Positions 30,871 through 41,129 of a stretch of DNA of 64,000 nucleotides are shown in pieces. Positions within the stretch are counted from its first letter, which is position 1. Each line of letters opens with the position of its first letter. The DNA lies in the NCBI GenBank assembly GCA_963718895.1, contig CAVRAG010000007.1, positions 32,001 through 96,000 of the forward strand. The letters are read 5' to 3'. Under the pieces are notes generated by a model that was not told the DNA's origin, ran no database searches, and saw only the letters and a list, made by a program, of their open reading frames with translations. This DNA comes from an uncultured Nitrososphaerota archaeon (lineage in GTDB: Archaea > Thermoproteota > Nitrososphaeria > Nitrososphaerales > Gagatemarchaeaceae). Position numbers and translations under genes: made by a program.

Positions 30871-32817
30871 CTACTGGCCGTTGACGAACTGGACTGTGTT
30901 GAAGATCGCCGTCGAGGACTGGCCGCTGAAGACCGGGTCTCCCAGGAAGCTCTTGACGATCTGGTTGTTGAAGACGATCGATCCGCCACCGAAGAACAGC
31001 TTTACGCTGCCCAGCCAGACGTAGGGCACATCGTGGGCGACCTGCGCCTGCGCTGCCGTGCACGCTGTCGTGATCGTGGAGGCAGGAGATCCGTTCGTGA
31101 GGTCGTTGACGCACGTCTGGACTATCGGGTTGGAGTAGATTGCGTAGTTGTTGGCCGACGTCGAGTTGCTCACCCATGTCAGCCATGAGTCTGCAGGGGT
31201 GGGCTCGTCGGGAGCGAAGGTCGCCGACCCGAACCACATTATCTGGGCGATGGTCTGGGACTCGTTGACCTCCTGCTGGTATGTTCCTGCGCCGGCGACG
31301 AGCGGGGGCGCGTACTGCGACGGAGGTGTCACCTCGATGTTCACCGGGATTCCGATTGCCGAGAGGTCATTCTGGACCACCTGTGCGGTGGTCAGGCAGA
31401 CCCCGCACCCCTGGAGGATGCGGAATTCGAGTGGCTGGAGACTCGCGGTATTCACGCCGCTGGCCGTGAGATCCGCTTTGGCTGTCGCCAGGTTGTAGCT
31501 GTAAGGAGGTATGTTCCCGAGGTCGTAGAGCTGCGTGTAGGGCGGATATCCTGGCCCCATCATTGGGTTCACTCCACCTCCCTGCTGGCCGAGGAACGCC
31601 TTGTTCGAGACGTCGGTGTAGTTGATCGCGTTCGCGATCGCCTGGCGGAAGAGGGTGATGTTGGTCGGGTAGCGCTGGGTGTTCAGTGCGATTGCGACTA
31701 TGTTGGCAGCCGTGCTGGGCTGGGTGAAGTACGAGAACTTCGCGTTGTTGATGATGTTCGACCAGTCAGCCTGGAGGATCGGCGCGATGTCCGCTCCGCC
31801 CGAGGTCAGGTCCGTGTACCTTGCCAGGTCGTCGGTCTTGGTCGTGATCACGACGTTCTTGACGTGTCCCGGGTCCATGTACGGGTTCGCCGCTATCTGT
31901 GCCGCAGTCCAGCCCTTTGCCCAGTATGTGGGGTTCTGCGTGAACTGCACGTAGGAGTTCACGGCGACGTTGGTGACCGTGTAGGGGCCCGTACCGGGGA
32001 TCGGTACAGAGTTGAAGGCAGGGTTGAAAGCGACCGGGGTACCGAAGCCCCCGTTGTTCATGACGTACTGCGTGTCGAAGATCAGGCCCGTGAACTGGAC
32101 CCACATCTGCGGGAAGTACGGGAACGGTCCGAGGAGGTTGAATCCGATCTCGTTCTGGTTCACCACATAGATCGGCCAGTTCTTGTTCGTCATGATGCTC
32201 ATCAGCTGAGCGTTGGGGCTGATCAGCTGGTTCTTCGTCGAGCTCATGAGTGCGAGGGTGCTCGGGCCGAAGTCAGCGTTGTTCATGTTGAAGACAGAGT
32301 AGCCCACTGCCCAACCGGAGTTGTTCCCTGAGAGATAGTAGTCACCGTAGAGAGCTCCCCAGACCTGGTAGGCGTTGAACTGGTCGCCGTTGGAGAAGGT
32401 GACGCCCTGCTGGAGTTGGAAGGTCCATGTGTCGCCGCTCGCAGAGGAGTTCCAGCTAGCAGCGAGCATCGGGAGGAGCTTGAGGGTGCCGTTGGAGTAC
32501 AGGACGTTGCCGTTGGCAGTCACGAGAGACTGGTACACGGTGTAGTCCAACCAGTTGGGATAGGGGATGGCACCTATCGAGTAGAGCTGGTTGAGGTTAC
32601 CGTTGGGCCAGGTCTCGTCGTCGATCGTAAGCGTGCTGACCTGCGCGCCCGTCCCTGAAGAGGTCGAAGATGTCGAGCCGGTCGAGGTATTCGAGGTACT
32701 ACTGGCGGTCAGGAAGTAGACCGCACCCGCGGCAGCGACTATCAGTACCACCACAATAATAGCAGCTATAATCGTCCGTCCAATTGCCGTCCGTTTCTCG
32801 GATGCTACAAGCATCAA
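30871..32817 (-). CDS. Family-5 ABC substrate-binding protein, paralog
   Basis: Same architecture; LAASW, FSNG, PGTGPY, FRQAI. Confidence 0.9.
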   Translation of the reverse strand: MMLVASEKRTAIGRTIIAAIIVVVLIVAAAGAVYFLTASSTSNTSTGSTSSTSSGTGAQVSTLTIDDETWPNGNLNQLYSIGAIPYPNWLDYTVYQSLVTANGNVLYSNGTLKLLPMLAASWNSSASGDTWTFQLQQGVTFSNGDQFNAYQVWGALYGDYYLSGNNSGWAVGYSVFNMNNADFGPSTLALMSSTKNQLISPNAQLMSIMTNKNWPIYVVNQNEIGFNLLGPFPYFPQMWVQFTGLIFDTQYVMNNGGFGTPVAFNPAFNSVPIPGTGPYTVTNVAVNSYVQFTQNPTYWAKGWTAAQIAANPYMDPGHVKNVVITTKTDDLARYTDLTSGGADIAPILQADWSNIINNAKFSYFTQPSTAANIVAIALNTQRYPTNITLFRQAIANAINYTDVSNKAFLGQQGGGVNPMMGPGYPPYTQLYDLGNIPPYSYNLATAKADLTASGVNTASLQPLEFRILQGCGVCLTTAQVVQNDLSAIGIPVNIEVTPPSQYAPPLVAGAGTYQQEVNESQTIAQIMWFGSATFAPDEPTPADSWLTWVSNSTSANNYAIYSNPIVQTCVNDLTNGSPASTITTACTAAQAQVAHDVPYVWLGSVKLFFGGGSIVFNNQIVKSFLGDPVFSGQSSTAIFNTVQFVNGQ

Positions 32818-32838
32818 GGCGCTATAGAATCACATTGG

Positions 32839-32846
32839 TTATATAA
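32839..32846 (-). promoter_or_regulatory. TATA box (leaderless transcript)
   Basis: TTATATAA ~22 nt upstream of the 32817 start. Confidence 0.6.
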
Positions 32847-33032
32847 TCTTAGCGATTGGTTGTGCATTCTCGGAATTAACACCGGATTATTGCAACATCC
32901 CTGGCATAAATCCTAAGTTCTCGGGGTGACCCTTTGAGGCTCTCCGCCCGGGCGCGTTCTGCAGATGAGAACGGCCGTTTCCCTGCGTAGTATTAAGACC
33001 CCTGGCTCACATTGGTACCTCAGTGAAAACAG

Positions 33033-34286
33033 ATGTCAAGTTCAAGAGGAAACAAAGCGAATCGCGTCAAGGCAACGGCACTGGCCGCAGGGCTTTCACT
33101 TGTGGCCATCATGCTGGTAGGAGCGGCGCCCAGTTGGGCGGCGACGTCAAGTCCGACCTTTGACAACGTCCAGATCTTCGTCCACACCGCCAACAGCACC
33201 TTCACGGGGACGTACACCGTGACGGCATACAACTCGACAGGGGACGCCGTCATCACGTACCAGACGCCATACCCTGCGGCTTCTTTCGAGCTCCCTAGCG
33301 CGAGCTACATTTTCTCCGTGAGCGCGGACTCGCAGTATCAGGGGTACTGTTATCCGGTGACCCCCGTGACGACCGCGACCGGCGTGAGCAGCCCGCCCGT
33401 CTCGACCGCGACCGCCTCGTCAGGGTCGTCGAGCGGAGGCGCGGCGATAAAGCTCCCCCCATGCTACTTGGGGTACCCCCAGTCTGAGTACGGTTTCGTT
33501 GCCCAGCAGGTCACGGGTCCCACGAGCATAACCGTCTCGACGGTGCCCATCCAGAACTTCCCCACCACCACTGTCAGCGTGCACGTGACATACGCCAACG
33601 GTACGGCCGCCTCGGGCGCAAGCGTCTATGCCAATGTACTTGGAGGGAACTGGTACAGTATAGACGGCAATTCCGTCCTGAACACCTCGGGACAAGTCGG
33701 GAACGACGGAAACGCCAAGCTGGTCGTCCCAACAGCCCCCGTGCAAGTCACGGCTTGGAACTGGGTCCCAGTCAACCTCCCCAAGAGCCCCGGTACCACG
33801 CAGGTTACAGTCGGAGGCGAGAAGGTGAACGTCTCCGTGACGTGGCAGCCGGCCTACGTGGGCTTCGCGGGCTCCGTGCTCATAGTCCCGCCCCAGACCA
33901 GCGCCAGCATAGTCCTGAAGCTCCAGCAGCCGCAGTTCTGGGCCACGCCACTTGGAGTCGCGAACCAAGGCTCCCTGAGCTCGGCGACGTCGACCGGAGC
34001 AGCGGCAGTGTCCGGAGCCGCGGGGACGGTGTCCAGCACTCCTAACCTGGTGCCGGCGAGTCTCACTTCGGCGCAGAGCACCGGTCAGGCCTCGACCCAG
34101 ACCGTCGTCCAGACATCCACTGTCACGGAACCCAGATCTTCCCCACCCGTGACGACAGCGACAACCACCTCGACAACACCTGCGGCAACCAACTACGACA
34201 CGGTCCTCTTCACGGTGGTCGGGGCACTCGCGTTGGGGATCGCCTCCGCGAGTCTCATCATAGTCAGGAGAAGGCCCGACGCCTAA
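33033..34286 (+). CDS. Cell-surface protein with signal peptide, S/T-rich region and C-terminal TM anchor
   Basis: Signal peptide ending SWA, beta-rich body, T/S tail, hydrophobic helix followed by RRR. Confidence 0.8.
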   Translation: MSSSRGNKANRVKATALAAGLSLVAIMLVGAAPSWAATSSPTFDNVQIFVHTANSTFTGTYTVTAYNSTGDAVITYQTPYPAASFELPSASYIFSVSADSQYQGYCYPVTPVTTATGVSSPPVSTATASSGSSSGGAAIKLPPCYLGYPQSEYGFVAQQVTGPTSITVSTVPIQNFPTTTVSVHVTYANGTAASGASVYANVLGGNWYSIDGNSVLNTSGQVGNDGNAKLVVPTAPVQVTAWNWVPVNLPKSPGTTQVTVGGEKVNVSVTWQPAYVGFAGSVLIVPPQTSASIVLKLQQPQFWATPLGVANQGSLSSATSTGAAAVSGAAGTVSSTPNLVPASLTSAQSTGQASTQTVVQTSTVTEPRSSPPVTTATTTSTTPAATNYDTVLFTVVGALALGIASASLIIVRRRPDA

Positions 34287-34493
34287 GAACTCCAGCCTCC
34301 TCCGATTCGAGGGTGTCTCCTCGCCCTCGAATCGAGTTGCTGACTGTGCTCTCTCCATTTGGTCACGACAACGATCAACGGCCAGACGCAGAGTGAAGGG
34401 GTCACGGTCGGCGCACTGGATAGCTGAGAAACGAATGGGAACGTAATGCGCGCGTTATCGTTAAATGCAGATTCTCATAAGATTGATGCGAAA

Positions 34494-34727
34494 ATGGAGA
34501 CAGTCGTTGACGGGCGTGGAAGGATCCTGATACCTCAGGAGTTGAGGAGAGAGCTTGGACTTGCCGAAGGCACGGTCGTGGATGTGGAGAGAGCCGAAGG
34601 CGGCATAATGCTGACTCCCGCTGGAAAGAAGCGGCCCTCGTGGAGAGAATTGAACGGGATGAAGCCCAAGAGGACAGGGGAACCTGAATGGCCCACTCCA
34701 GAAGAGATCAAGCGTATCTGGGCATAG
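34494..34727 (+). CDS. vapB: AbrB/MazE/SpoVT-family antitoxin
   Basis: VVDGRGRILIPQELRRELGLAEG. Confidence 0.9.
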   Translation: METVVDGRGRILIPQELRRELGLAEGTVVDVERAEGGIMLTPAGKKRPSWRELNGMKPKRTGEPEWPTPEEIKRIWA

Positions 34728-35121
34728 ACACCAATGTCCTCGTCGCGTATCTGGACGGAGACCACCCAGCACACCGCCGAGCCGAATGGCTTTCGGGGGA
34801 AGCAGTGGTGCTCAATCCGACTGTGATCCACGAAGCATATCACACGCTCGTCTTCGAGAGGGGGTGGCTCAAGGAGGATGCCTCAGAAGCCCTCGTAAAA
34901 TCTGCAACCGATGAACGGAATCTCTTCGTCATCAGACATTGATGACAACGAGAATGGGGCTTCATCTCGCCAGAAAGTACTCGCTGGGCGGAAGAGATGC
35001 GCTAGTCCTCGGAAATCTTCTCGCCGCCGGGATACGGGTGCTCGTGACCCTCGATGGGGAGTTGATGGAGCTAAAGAGGGCGGAGTATGGAAAAGGGGTA
35101 CTTTCAGTTCGATCTCTTTGA
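34688..35121 (+). CDS. vapC: PIN-domain toxin (frameshift ~34935)
   Basis: IDTNVLVA, VIHE, then RDAL and VTLD in the next frame; overlaps the antitoxin gene. Confidence 0.85.
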
Positions 35122-35172
35122 GAGGGGGTAGACGACGAGGACCCTTGAAACCCTGCGAAACCCCAGACGGCG

Positions 35173-36186
35173 CTACTCTGTTTCACCGGGTCGGAAGTGG
35201 GGGAGAACCTTCTTCTCGAAGAGGTTGAACGCCTTCTCGTCGTCGAACGTGTTGATCTGGACGTAGGCGTGGTCGAAGCCGCACTTGAAGTACTGCTCGA
35301 TCCTCTTGATGATCTCGTTCTCGTCGGTCGCGACGGGGAACACCTCGGCGAGCTGTTCGTCGGTAACCGCCTTCCCCCTCTCCTCTATCTGTCGGGGGTC
35401 TGAGATGTCTGTCGTGAACATCTCGTTGATCAGGGTCGCGGCCCACTTCCTCAGCGTCTTGACCGCGCGGTCGTAGTCCTCGTCGTAGGCCAGGTCTATC
35501 TCGACGACCTTCACGAGGTCGGCCAGCGTCCGACCGGTCTTCTTCGCGCCCTCGGCCACGTTCGGGAAGATGACCTCGTTGATGTACTGGGGCGTCTTCG
35601 CAGAAGTGATTATCCCGTCCCCGTACTCCCCGACGATCTTGGACATCTTCGGTCCCATGGCCGACATGATGATCGGCACGTCGGACTTCATGTAGATGTT
35701 CGCACCCTTGAGCTGGTAGTACTCTCCCTCGAAGTCGACGAACCCGCCCCTCCAGAGCGCCTTCATCATCTTCACCGACTCGATCAGCCTGTCCCTCCTC
35801 TCGGCGTACTTCGGCCAGGGATAGCCTAGGGGGACCTCGTTCATCGCCTCGCCGGTCCCGATGCCCAGCATCACCCTGTGGCCGAATAGCGCCTCCATCG
35901 TTGCGAAGGCCTGGGCGGTTATCGCCGGGTGGTACCTGAAGATCGGAGCCGTGACGGCCGTGCCGAAGGGTATCTTGACCTGCTCCATCGCCGCGCCCAT
36001 CCACACCCAAGTATTGTATTCGGTCGCGCCGGTGTGAAACCAGGGATGGAAATGGTCGCTCACCCAGATTGCATCGAATCCTGCCCTTTCCGCGCGCTGG
36101 CAGAGCTGGACAAGCCTCTTGGGCTCCACCATGTCGGGGCACGCGTTGAAACCTATCGAACCCCTTTCCAGAATCGGTAGCGGCAT
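35173..36186 (-). CDS. F420-dependent LLM oxidoreductase, G6PDH (Fgd)-like
   Basis: WVSDHFHPW, TAPIFRYHPA..AQAFAT, GIGTGEAMNE. Confidence 0.9.
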   Translation of the reverse strand: MPLPILERGSIGFNACPDMVEPKRLVQLCQRAERAGFDAIWVSDHFHPWFHTGATEYNTWVWMGAAMEQVKIPFGTAVTAPIFRYHPAITAQAFATMEALFGHRVMLGIGTGEAMNEVPLGYPWPKYAERRDRLIESVKMMKALWRGGFVDFEGEYYQLKGANIYMKSDVPIIMSAMGPKMSKIVGEYGDGIITSAKTPQYINEVIFPNVAEGAKKTGRTLADLVKVVEIDLAYDEDYDRAVKTLRKWAATLINEMFTTDISDPRQIEERGKAVTDEQLAEVFPVATDENEIIKRIEQYFKCGFDHAYVQINTFDDEKAFNLFEKKVLPHFRPGETE

Positions 36187-36287
36187 GTTCAGGAGCGAGG
36201 TCGGACGGTAGATAAGTCTAGGGGGCCCGCGGGGCTCCGCGTCGAGCCCCGCTAAGTTCTAAAGGCAGACGAAACGGTCAGTGCGAG

Positions 36288-37313
36288 ATGACGCGCGCCA
36301 AGTTCAATGCTTTCGAGTACCTGCCGGACAGCGCCTACAACCGGATCACAGATCTCAGGGTGAACGACCCAGACCTCCCCAAGCGCGAAGCGCGCAGGCG
36401 CGTGAGGAGGGACACGCTGACCGACGACGGGAGGCTTGTGCTCCTAGCGGCAGACCACCCCGCGAGGATGACCACCTCAATCCGGGACGATCCCGTCAGG
36501 ATGGGCCGGAGGCAGGAGCTGCTCTCGAGGATCCTGAGGGTCGTCGCCGACTCTCCGTTCGACGGGGTACTCGGGACAGCGGACATCGTCGACGAGCTGC
36601 TGATGATCTCGCACATGGCCGGGAGAGCCTCGCCGTCCAGGTTCCTCAACAAGAAGGTGATCATAGGGAGCGTCAACAGGGGCGGCCTCAGCGGCAGCGC
36701 CTTCGAGCTCGACGACAAGCCGACGGGCTACGACGTCGACGGGATAGTCTCCATGAACCTGGACGGCGCGAAGTTCCTGCTCAGGGTCGACCTCGCGGAC
36801 CGGGACTCGGCCGAGACGATCGGCTACTGCGTCCAGACCGTCGCCGAGTGCAACCGTCAGAACCTCCCGGTCTTCGTGGAACCGCTCCCCATTTCGCTGC
36901 AGGACAAGAAGAAGAGGCTCGACGCGGACCCCCAGAAGCTCATCAAGCTCGTCGGGGTCGCGTCGGCGCTGGGCAGTTCTTCGACGAGGATCTGGCTGAA
37001 GCTGCCGTACTCGGAGAGGTTCGCCGAAGTGGCGAAGGCCACGACCCTTCCGATCCTGCTCCTGGGCGGCGAAGCGAACAAGGACGTGCGCGGCCTTCTC
37101 CGTGAGATCGAAGCGGCGATGAGCGCGGGGCCCAACGTCAGGGGAGTCCTGCTCGGCAGGAGCCTCCTCTATCCCCCCGACGAGGACCCGCTCCCCGTCG
37201 CGTTCGCCATTCACTCCATCGTGCACCACGGGATGACGGCCGCGGAGGCCGAGGCGCGGATGGAGGGTTGGGAGAAGAAGGAGGCCGCGCCCCTGTTTCG
37301 CGGTAACGATTAA
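36288..37313 (+). CDS. Cgl0159-type class I aldolase-like TIM barrel (putative IolJ substitute)
   Basis: AADHPAR, DGVLGT.DI, GSVNRGGL.G..FELDD, WLKLP, LLLGG; lies directly upstream of iolD. Confidence 0.8.
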   Translation: MTRAKFNAFEYLPDSAYNRITDLRVNDPDLPKREARRRVRRDTLTDDGRLVLLAADHPARMTTSIRDDPVRMGRRQELLSRILRVVADSPFDGVLGTADIVDELLMISHMAGRASPSRFLNKKVIIGSVNRGGLSGSAFELDDKPTGYDVDGIVSMNLDGAKFLLRVDLADRDSAETIGYCVQTVAECNRQNLPVFVEPLPISLQDKKKRLDADPQKLIKLVGVASALGSSSTRIWLKLPYSERFAEVAKATTLPILLLGGEANKDVRGLLREIEAAMSAGPNVRGVLLGRSLLYPPDEDPLPVAFAIHSIVHHGMTAAEAEARMEGWEKKEAAPLFRGND

Positions 37314-37317
37314 AATA
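37310..37317 (+). promoter_or_regulatory. Internal TATA box overlapping the aldolase stop codon
   Basis: TTAAAATA ~21-28 nt before the iolD start. Confidence 0.45.
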
Positions 37318-37337
37318 CCTCGCACGGGCCTGTCTTC

Positions 37338-39104
37338 GTGATGGCGTCCGAACAGCGGACAGGGGCTCAGTACGTCGTCGAGTCGCTGAAGAAGGCGGGA
37401 GTGAGGTACATCTTCGGAATCCCGGGGCACGGCAACGTCTCAATATTTGATGCGGCGCGTGACCTGGCGCCCGACCTCAACGTGGTCCAGGTCAAGCACG
37501 AGCAGTGGGGCGGTCACATGGCCGACGGCTACTTCAGGGCGAACAGGCGCGTCCCCGCTGCGGTCACGACCTCAGTCGGGCCGGGTGCGACCAACCTCGC
37601 CACGGCTTTCGCGACGGCCTACGTCGACTCGTCGACGTTCATCGCGATCACGGGGCAGATCCAGACCTATCTTTTCGGGATGGGGATATTCCAGGAGATA
37701 GAGAGGCAGCGCTGGGTGGACTACTGGAACTCCATGAACCACCTGATCAAGGGGTCCTGGCAGGTCACGACCGGCCGGCAGCTCCCGAAGGTGATGGCCG
37801 ACGCGATGCGGACCGCGCTCACTGGGAGGCCCGGACCGGTTCTCATCGACCTCCCCATGGACATTCAGGTCGAGAAGGTCTCCTACGGGCTTCCAGATCT
37901 GGCGCTTCACATGGCGGACGGGAGGGTCCGGCCCAGCTCGGAGTCCGTCAGAAAGGCGGCGGAACTGCTCCTCTCGGCTCAGAGGCCGGTGATCCTGATA
38001 GGCGGGGGCGTCGTGATGGCGGGGGCCACGAAGGAGCTGGTGGAGCTCGCGGAGTTCGTCGGGGCACCGGTGGTCTGCACGTTCAGGGGCGACTCCAAGG
38101 GCGGCTTCCCCGAGGACCACGAGCTGTACGCCTTCCACCCCGGGAACGTGGGGACGGCCGTCTCGAACGAGATAACGAAGGGGGCCGACGTGCTGCTTGC
38201 GGTGGGGACTACCTTCAGCGACGAGACGACGAGCTCGTACGTGCCCGGAGTCACTTTCAACATCCCGCCCACGAAGCTCATACACATCGACATCGACGCC
38301 CACGAGATAGGGAAGAACTACCCGACCACTGTCGGCATCGTCGCCGACGCCCGCGCAGCTCTCCAAGACCTTCTCGCCGCCGCGATGTCCCTGGGAACAA
38401 AGAGACGGTACCAAGAGTCGGCCTGGTTCGCCCGCCTGAAGGAGCTCAAGGCGGTGTGGGCGGAGGACCTCACCAAGCTGAGGCACGACGTGCCCATGGG
38501 GATCCCGAACCTCGTAGCGATAATGAGGGAGAGGCTCCCGAGGGACGCGATAATCACGCTCAGCGCAGGCCTTCCACAGGAGATACTGTCGCAGCAGTGG
38601 GTGGCCTACAGGCCGGGCACCTTCATCAGCTCCGGGGGATTCTCGACCATGGGGTTCGCCCTCCCGGCCGCCATAGGGGCCAAGCTCGCCCAGCCCAGGA
38701 CCAGCGTCGTGGCGATCGAAGGCGACGGGTCGTTCATGATGAACAGCGTCGAGCTCTCGACCGCGGTCCAGCTCCAGATGCCTCTGGTCGTCGTCCTGCT
38801 CAACAACAGGGGCTGGGTCTCGATAAGGGACCTGCAGATCCGCTCCTTCAGGAACAGGCTCATCAGCACGGAGTTCAACATGGCGGACGGCTCGGCCTAC
38901 GCGATCGATTTCGAGAAGCTCACGAGGGCCTACGGCGCCGAGTACCTCCATGCTGCCGACCCAGAGGGCTTCGGAAAGGCGCTCGACAAGGCGCTCGGGA
39001 TGCAGGTCCCGACCGTGGTCGAGGCGGCGGTTGAGCGGGTCTTCCCGAAGAGCGGCACGAAGTCGTTCGGATTCTGGGACATACCCTCGCCCTACGGGAA
39101 GTGA
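37338..39104 (+). CDS. iolD: TPP-dependent enzyme, IolD-like trihydroxycyclohexanedione hydrolase
   Basis: FGIPGHGNV, TSVGPGATN, GFSTMGF, GDGSFMM...NN; gene context. Confidence 0.75.
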   Translation: MMASEQRTGAQYVVESLKKAGVRYIFGIPGHGNVSIFDAARDLAPDLNVVQVKHEQWGGHMADGYFRANRRVPAAVTTSVGPGATNLATAFATAYVDSSTFIAITGQIQTYLFGMGIFQEIERQRWVDYWNSMNHLIKGSWQVTTGRQLPKVMADAMRTALTGRPGPVLIDLPMDIQVEKVSYGLPDLALHMADGRVRPSSESVRKAAELLLSAQRPVILIGGGVVMAGATKELVELAEFVGAPVVCTFRGDSKGGFPEDHELYAFHPGNVGTAVSNEITKGADVLLAVGTTFSDETTSSYVPGVTFNIPPTKLIHIDIDAHEIGKNYPTTVGIVADARAALQDLLAAAMSLGTKRRYQESAWFARLKELKAVWAEDLTKLRHDVPMGIPNLVAIMRERLPRDAIITLSAGLPQEILSQQWVAYRPGTFISSGGFSTMGFALPAAIGAKLAQPRTSVVAIEGDGSFMMNSVELSTAVQLQMPLVVVLLNNRGWVSIRDLQIRSFRNRLISTEFNMADGSAYAIDFEKLTRAYGAEYLHAADPEGFGKALDKALGMQVPTVVEAAVERVFPKSGTKSFGFWDIPSPYGK

Positions 39105-39110
39105 CCTGGC

Positions 39111-40088
39111 GTGTACGACATAGTCGCGCTGGGCCGCGCCGGTGTGGACCTATACTCGCTCGACTTCGGCGTCCCGTTCAGTGAGATCCGGAAGTTCGCC
39201 AAGTACGTGGGGGGGACCTCAGCCAACGTCATGGTCGGCGCGTCGAGGCTCGGGCTGAAGTGCGCGCTCCTCACGAGAGTCAGCAAGGACGTGCTGGGGG
39301 ACTACGTCATCCAGTACCTCGCAAAGGAAGGCGTCGAGACCAGGTACATCAAACAGGAACGGGACGGAAAGACCGGGATCGTCTTCGCCGAGGTATACCC
39401 GGGCAAGGACTCCATGTTCATCTTCTACCGTGAGAACGCGGCCGACCTGCACATCACGAGGGCCGACGTGCCTCGGACCCTGATCGAGCAGACGCGCTCG
39501 GTCATCGTGACGGGGACCGGCCTCTCGAAGGAGCCGTCCTTCGGGTCGAACCTGCACGCGGCGAGGCTCGGAAAGGAGCTGGGGAAGCTGGTGGTCTTCA
39601 ACCTCGACTGGCGACCCTCGCTTTGGCGCGCGAGCGAGCGCGTACGGACGTCGCGCTACAAGAGGGTCTTCGCCGAGTCGGCCGTCGTCGTGGGGAACGA
39701 GGGGGAGTACCTCGCCGCCACGGGCTCGGGCACGCTCTCCGAGGCCATATCCTCGATTCCGGGGCACGCGATGAAGGTGCTGGTGGTCACCCACGGCGGG
39801 CACGGCGTCTCGGTCATCGAGGGAGCGAGGAGGACGGAGGTCCCGGGCATACCCGTGCGCCTGGTGAAGGGGCTGGGCGGCGGGGACGGGTTCCTCGCAG
39901 GCTTCATGTTCGGATACATTAAGGGATGGAAGGCCGTCCGGGCCGCCAGCCTCGGAAACGCGGTCGGGGCGATGGTCGTGAGGGGCCACGCCTGCTCTGA
40001 GTCGATGCCCAGGCCGAGCGAGCTAAGGGAGTTCCTGAGGGGCAGGAAGATGGCCTTCGACCTGGAGACGCGCCCCTCCAAAGCCTAA
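39111..40088 (+). CDS. iolC: 5-dehydro-2-deoxygluconokinase (PfkB family)
   Basis: GRAGVDLY, FAKYVGGTSAN, FYRENAAD, LDWRPSLW, GLGGGDGF. Confidence 0.9.
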   Translation: MYDIVALGRAGVDLYSLDFGVPFSEIRKFAKYVGGTSANVMVGASRLGLKCALLTRVSKDVLGDYVIQYLAKEGVETRYIKQERDGKTGIVFAEVYPGKDSMFIFYRENAADLHITRADVPRTLIEQTRSVIVTGTGLSKEPSFGSNLHAARLGKELGKLVVFNLDWRPSLWRASERVRTSRYKRVFAESAVVVGNEGEYLAATGSGTLSEAISSIPGHAMKVLVVTHGGHGVSVIEGARRTEVPGIPVRLVKGLGGGDGFLAGFMFGYIKGWKAVRAASLGNAVGAMVVRGHACSESMPRPSELREFLRGRKMAFDLETRPSKA

Positions 40089-40129
40089 TATCGCCCTCGA
40101 GGCCGGCGCGGTCCAGGTGCAGCTAGCGC

Positions 40130-40879
40130 TTGATGCACAGAGATGAAGGAAAACTAGACGAGTTCGAGGAGGTCTGTTCCGTCTCCAACCTCAGGGTGAG
40201 GAGACTGAGGATGAGGAAGGCGAAAGACCTCAGCAGGCTGGGCACGGGATCGACGGAGTCGCTGCTCGTCGTGCTCAACGGCGCCTTGCAAGTCAGGACG
40301 AAGGGGGCGAAGAAGGCGTTCTCCCTGGGAGAGAAGGACACACTCTATCTGCCCAGGCAGTCAGAGTTCTCGGTCGAGGCCACGCTGCCGACGGACCTGA
40401 TATGGGCCCAGGCTCCGGCCGAGAAGTCTTACGCCACCTATGTGAAGCGCTACGCAGAGGCCAAGGTGATCGAGTCGGGCGTCGCCCCGTACAGCAGGCG
40501 GGTGATAACCACCGTGGGGGAGGGCGACCCAGCCAACAGGTTCATCGCGGGCTTCGTCGAGGGATATCAGGGAAACTGGACGAGTTTCCCGCCCCACAAG
40601 CACGACGGGAAGCCGGAGGTCTACATCTACTTCGGCATGGGCAAGCGGTTCGGGGTCCAGGTGGTGGGGGGTACGGGCGAGGAGGAGGCCTTCGTCGTCA
40701 GGGACGGAGACGCGGTCGCCTTCGAGCGCGGCTACCACCCCAACGTCGCGACGCCGGGCGTCGGGATGAGCTTCTTGTGGATAATCAGCGCGGACCCCAA
40801 GGCAAGGACCCTGGCGGTCGAGTTCCATCCCGACTACAAGGACATGCCGATCGGAAAGACGCACCTCTCGTTGAGGTAG
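40130..40879 (+). CDS. iolB: 5-deoxy-glucuronate isomerase (KduI/IolB cupin)
   Basis: GNWTSFPPHKHD, EVYIYF, GYHP. Confidence 0.9.
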   Translation: MMHRDEGKLDEFEEVCSVSNLRVRRLRMRKAKDLSRLGTGSTESLLVVLNGALQVRTKGAKKAFSLGEKDTLYLPRQSEFSVEATLPTDLIWAQAPAEKSYATYVKRYAEAKVIESGVAPYSRRVITTVGEGDPANRFIAGFVEGYQGNWTSFPPHKHDGKPEVYIYFGMGKRFGVQVVGGTGEEEAFVVRDGDAVAFERGYHPNVATPGVGMSFLWIISADPKARTLAVEFHPDYKDMPIGKTHLSLR

Positions 40880-41129
40880 TCGCGGCACTCGGCAGCTATC
40901 CCGATCCTCCGCCGAGGCGACGGACGGGGATGCCCATCGGCTCGACCTAGAGCCCGCTGTGCGATATGACTACGCAGGCGGGGCTGGGGCACGTGGGAAC
41001 GGTCGCAACGGCGGCGTTGACCATGCCGAGGGCGCCGGTTGTGGACCCAACCACGGGCCGAATCCGCAAACCGTGAAGGGGCTCACACGATTGAATAGAC
41101 GTATGTAACGGCCACTTCCTATCCCTGCC

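Noticed and set aside
37505-39034. Long alternative-frame and antisense ORFs (e.g. 37505-39034, 37572-38951, 43411-44817, 49371-50705, 56344-57729)
   Set aside because: Shadow ORFs of GC-rich genes: Arg/Pro/Gly-rich or antisense, with no motifs, overlapping well-supported CDSs.
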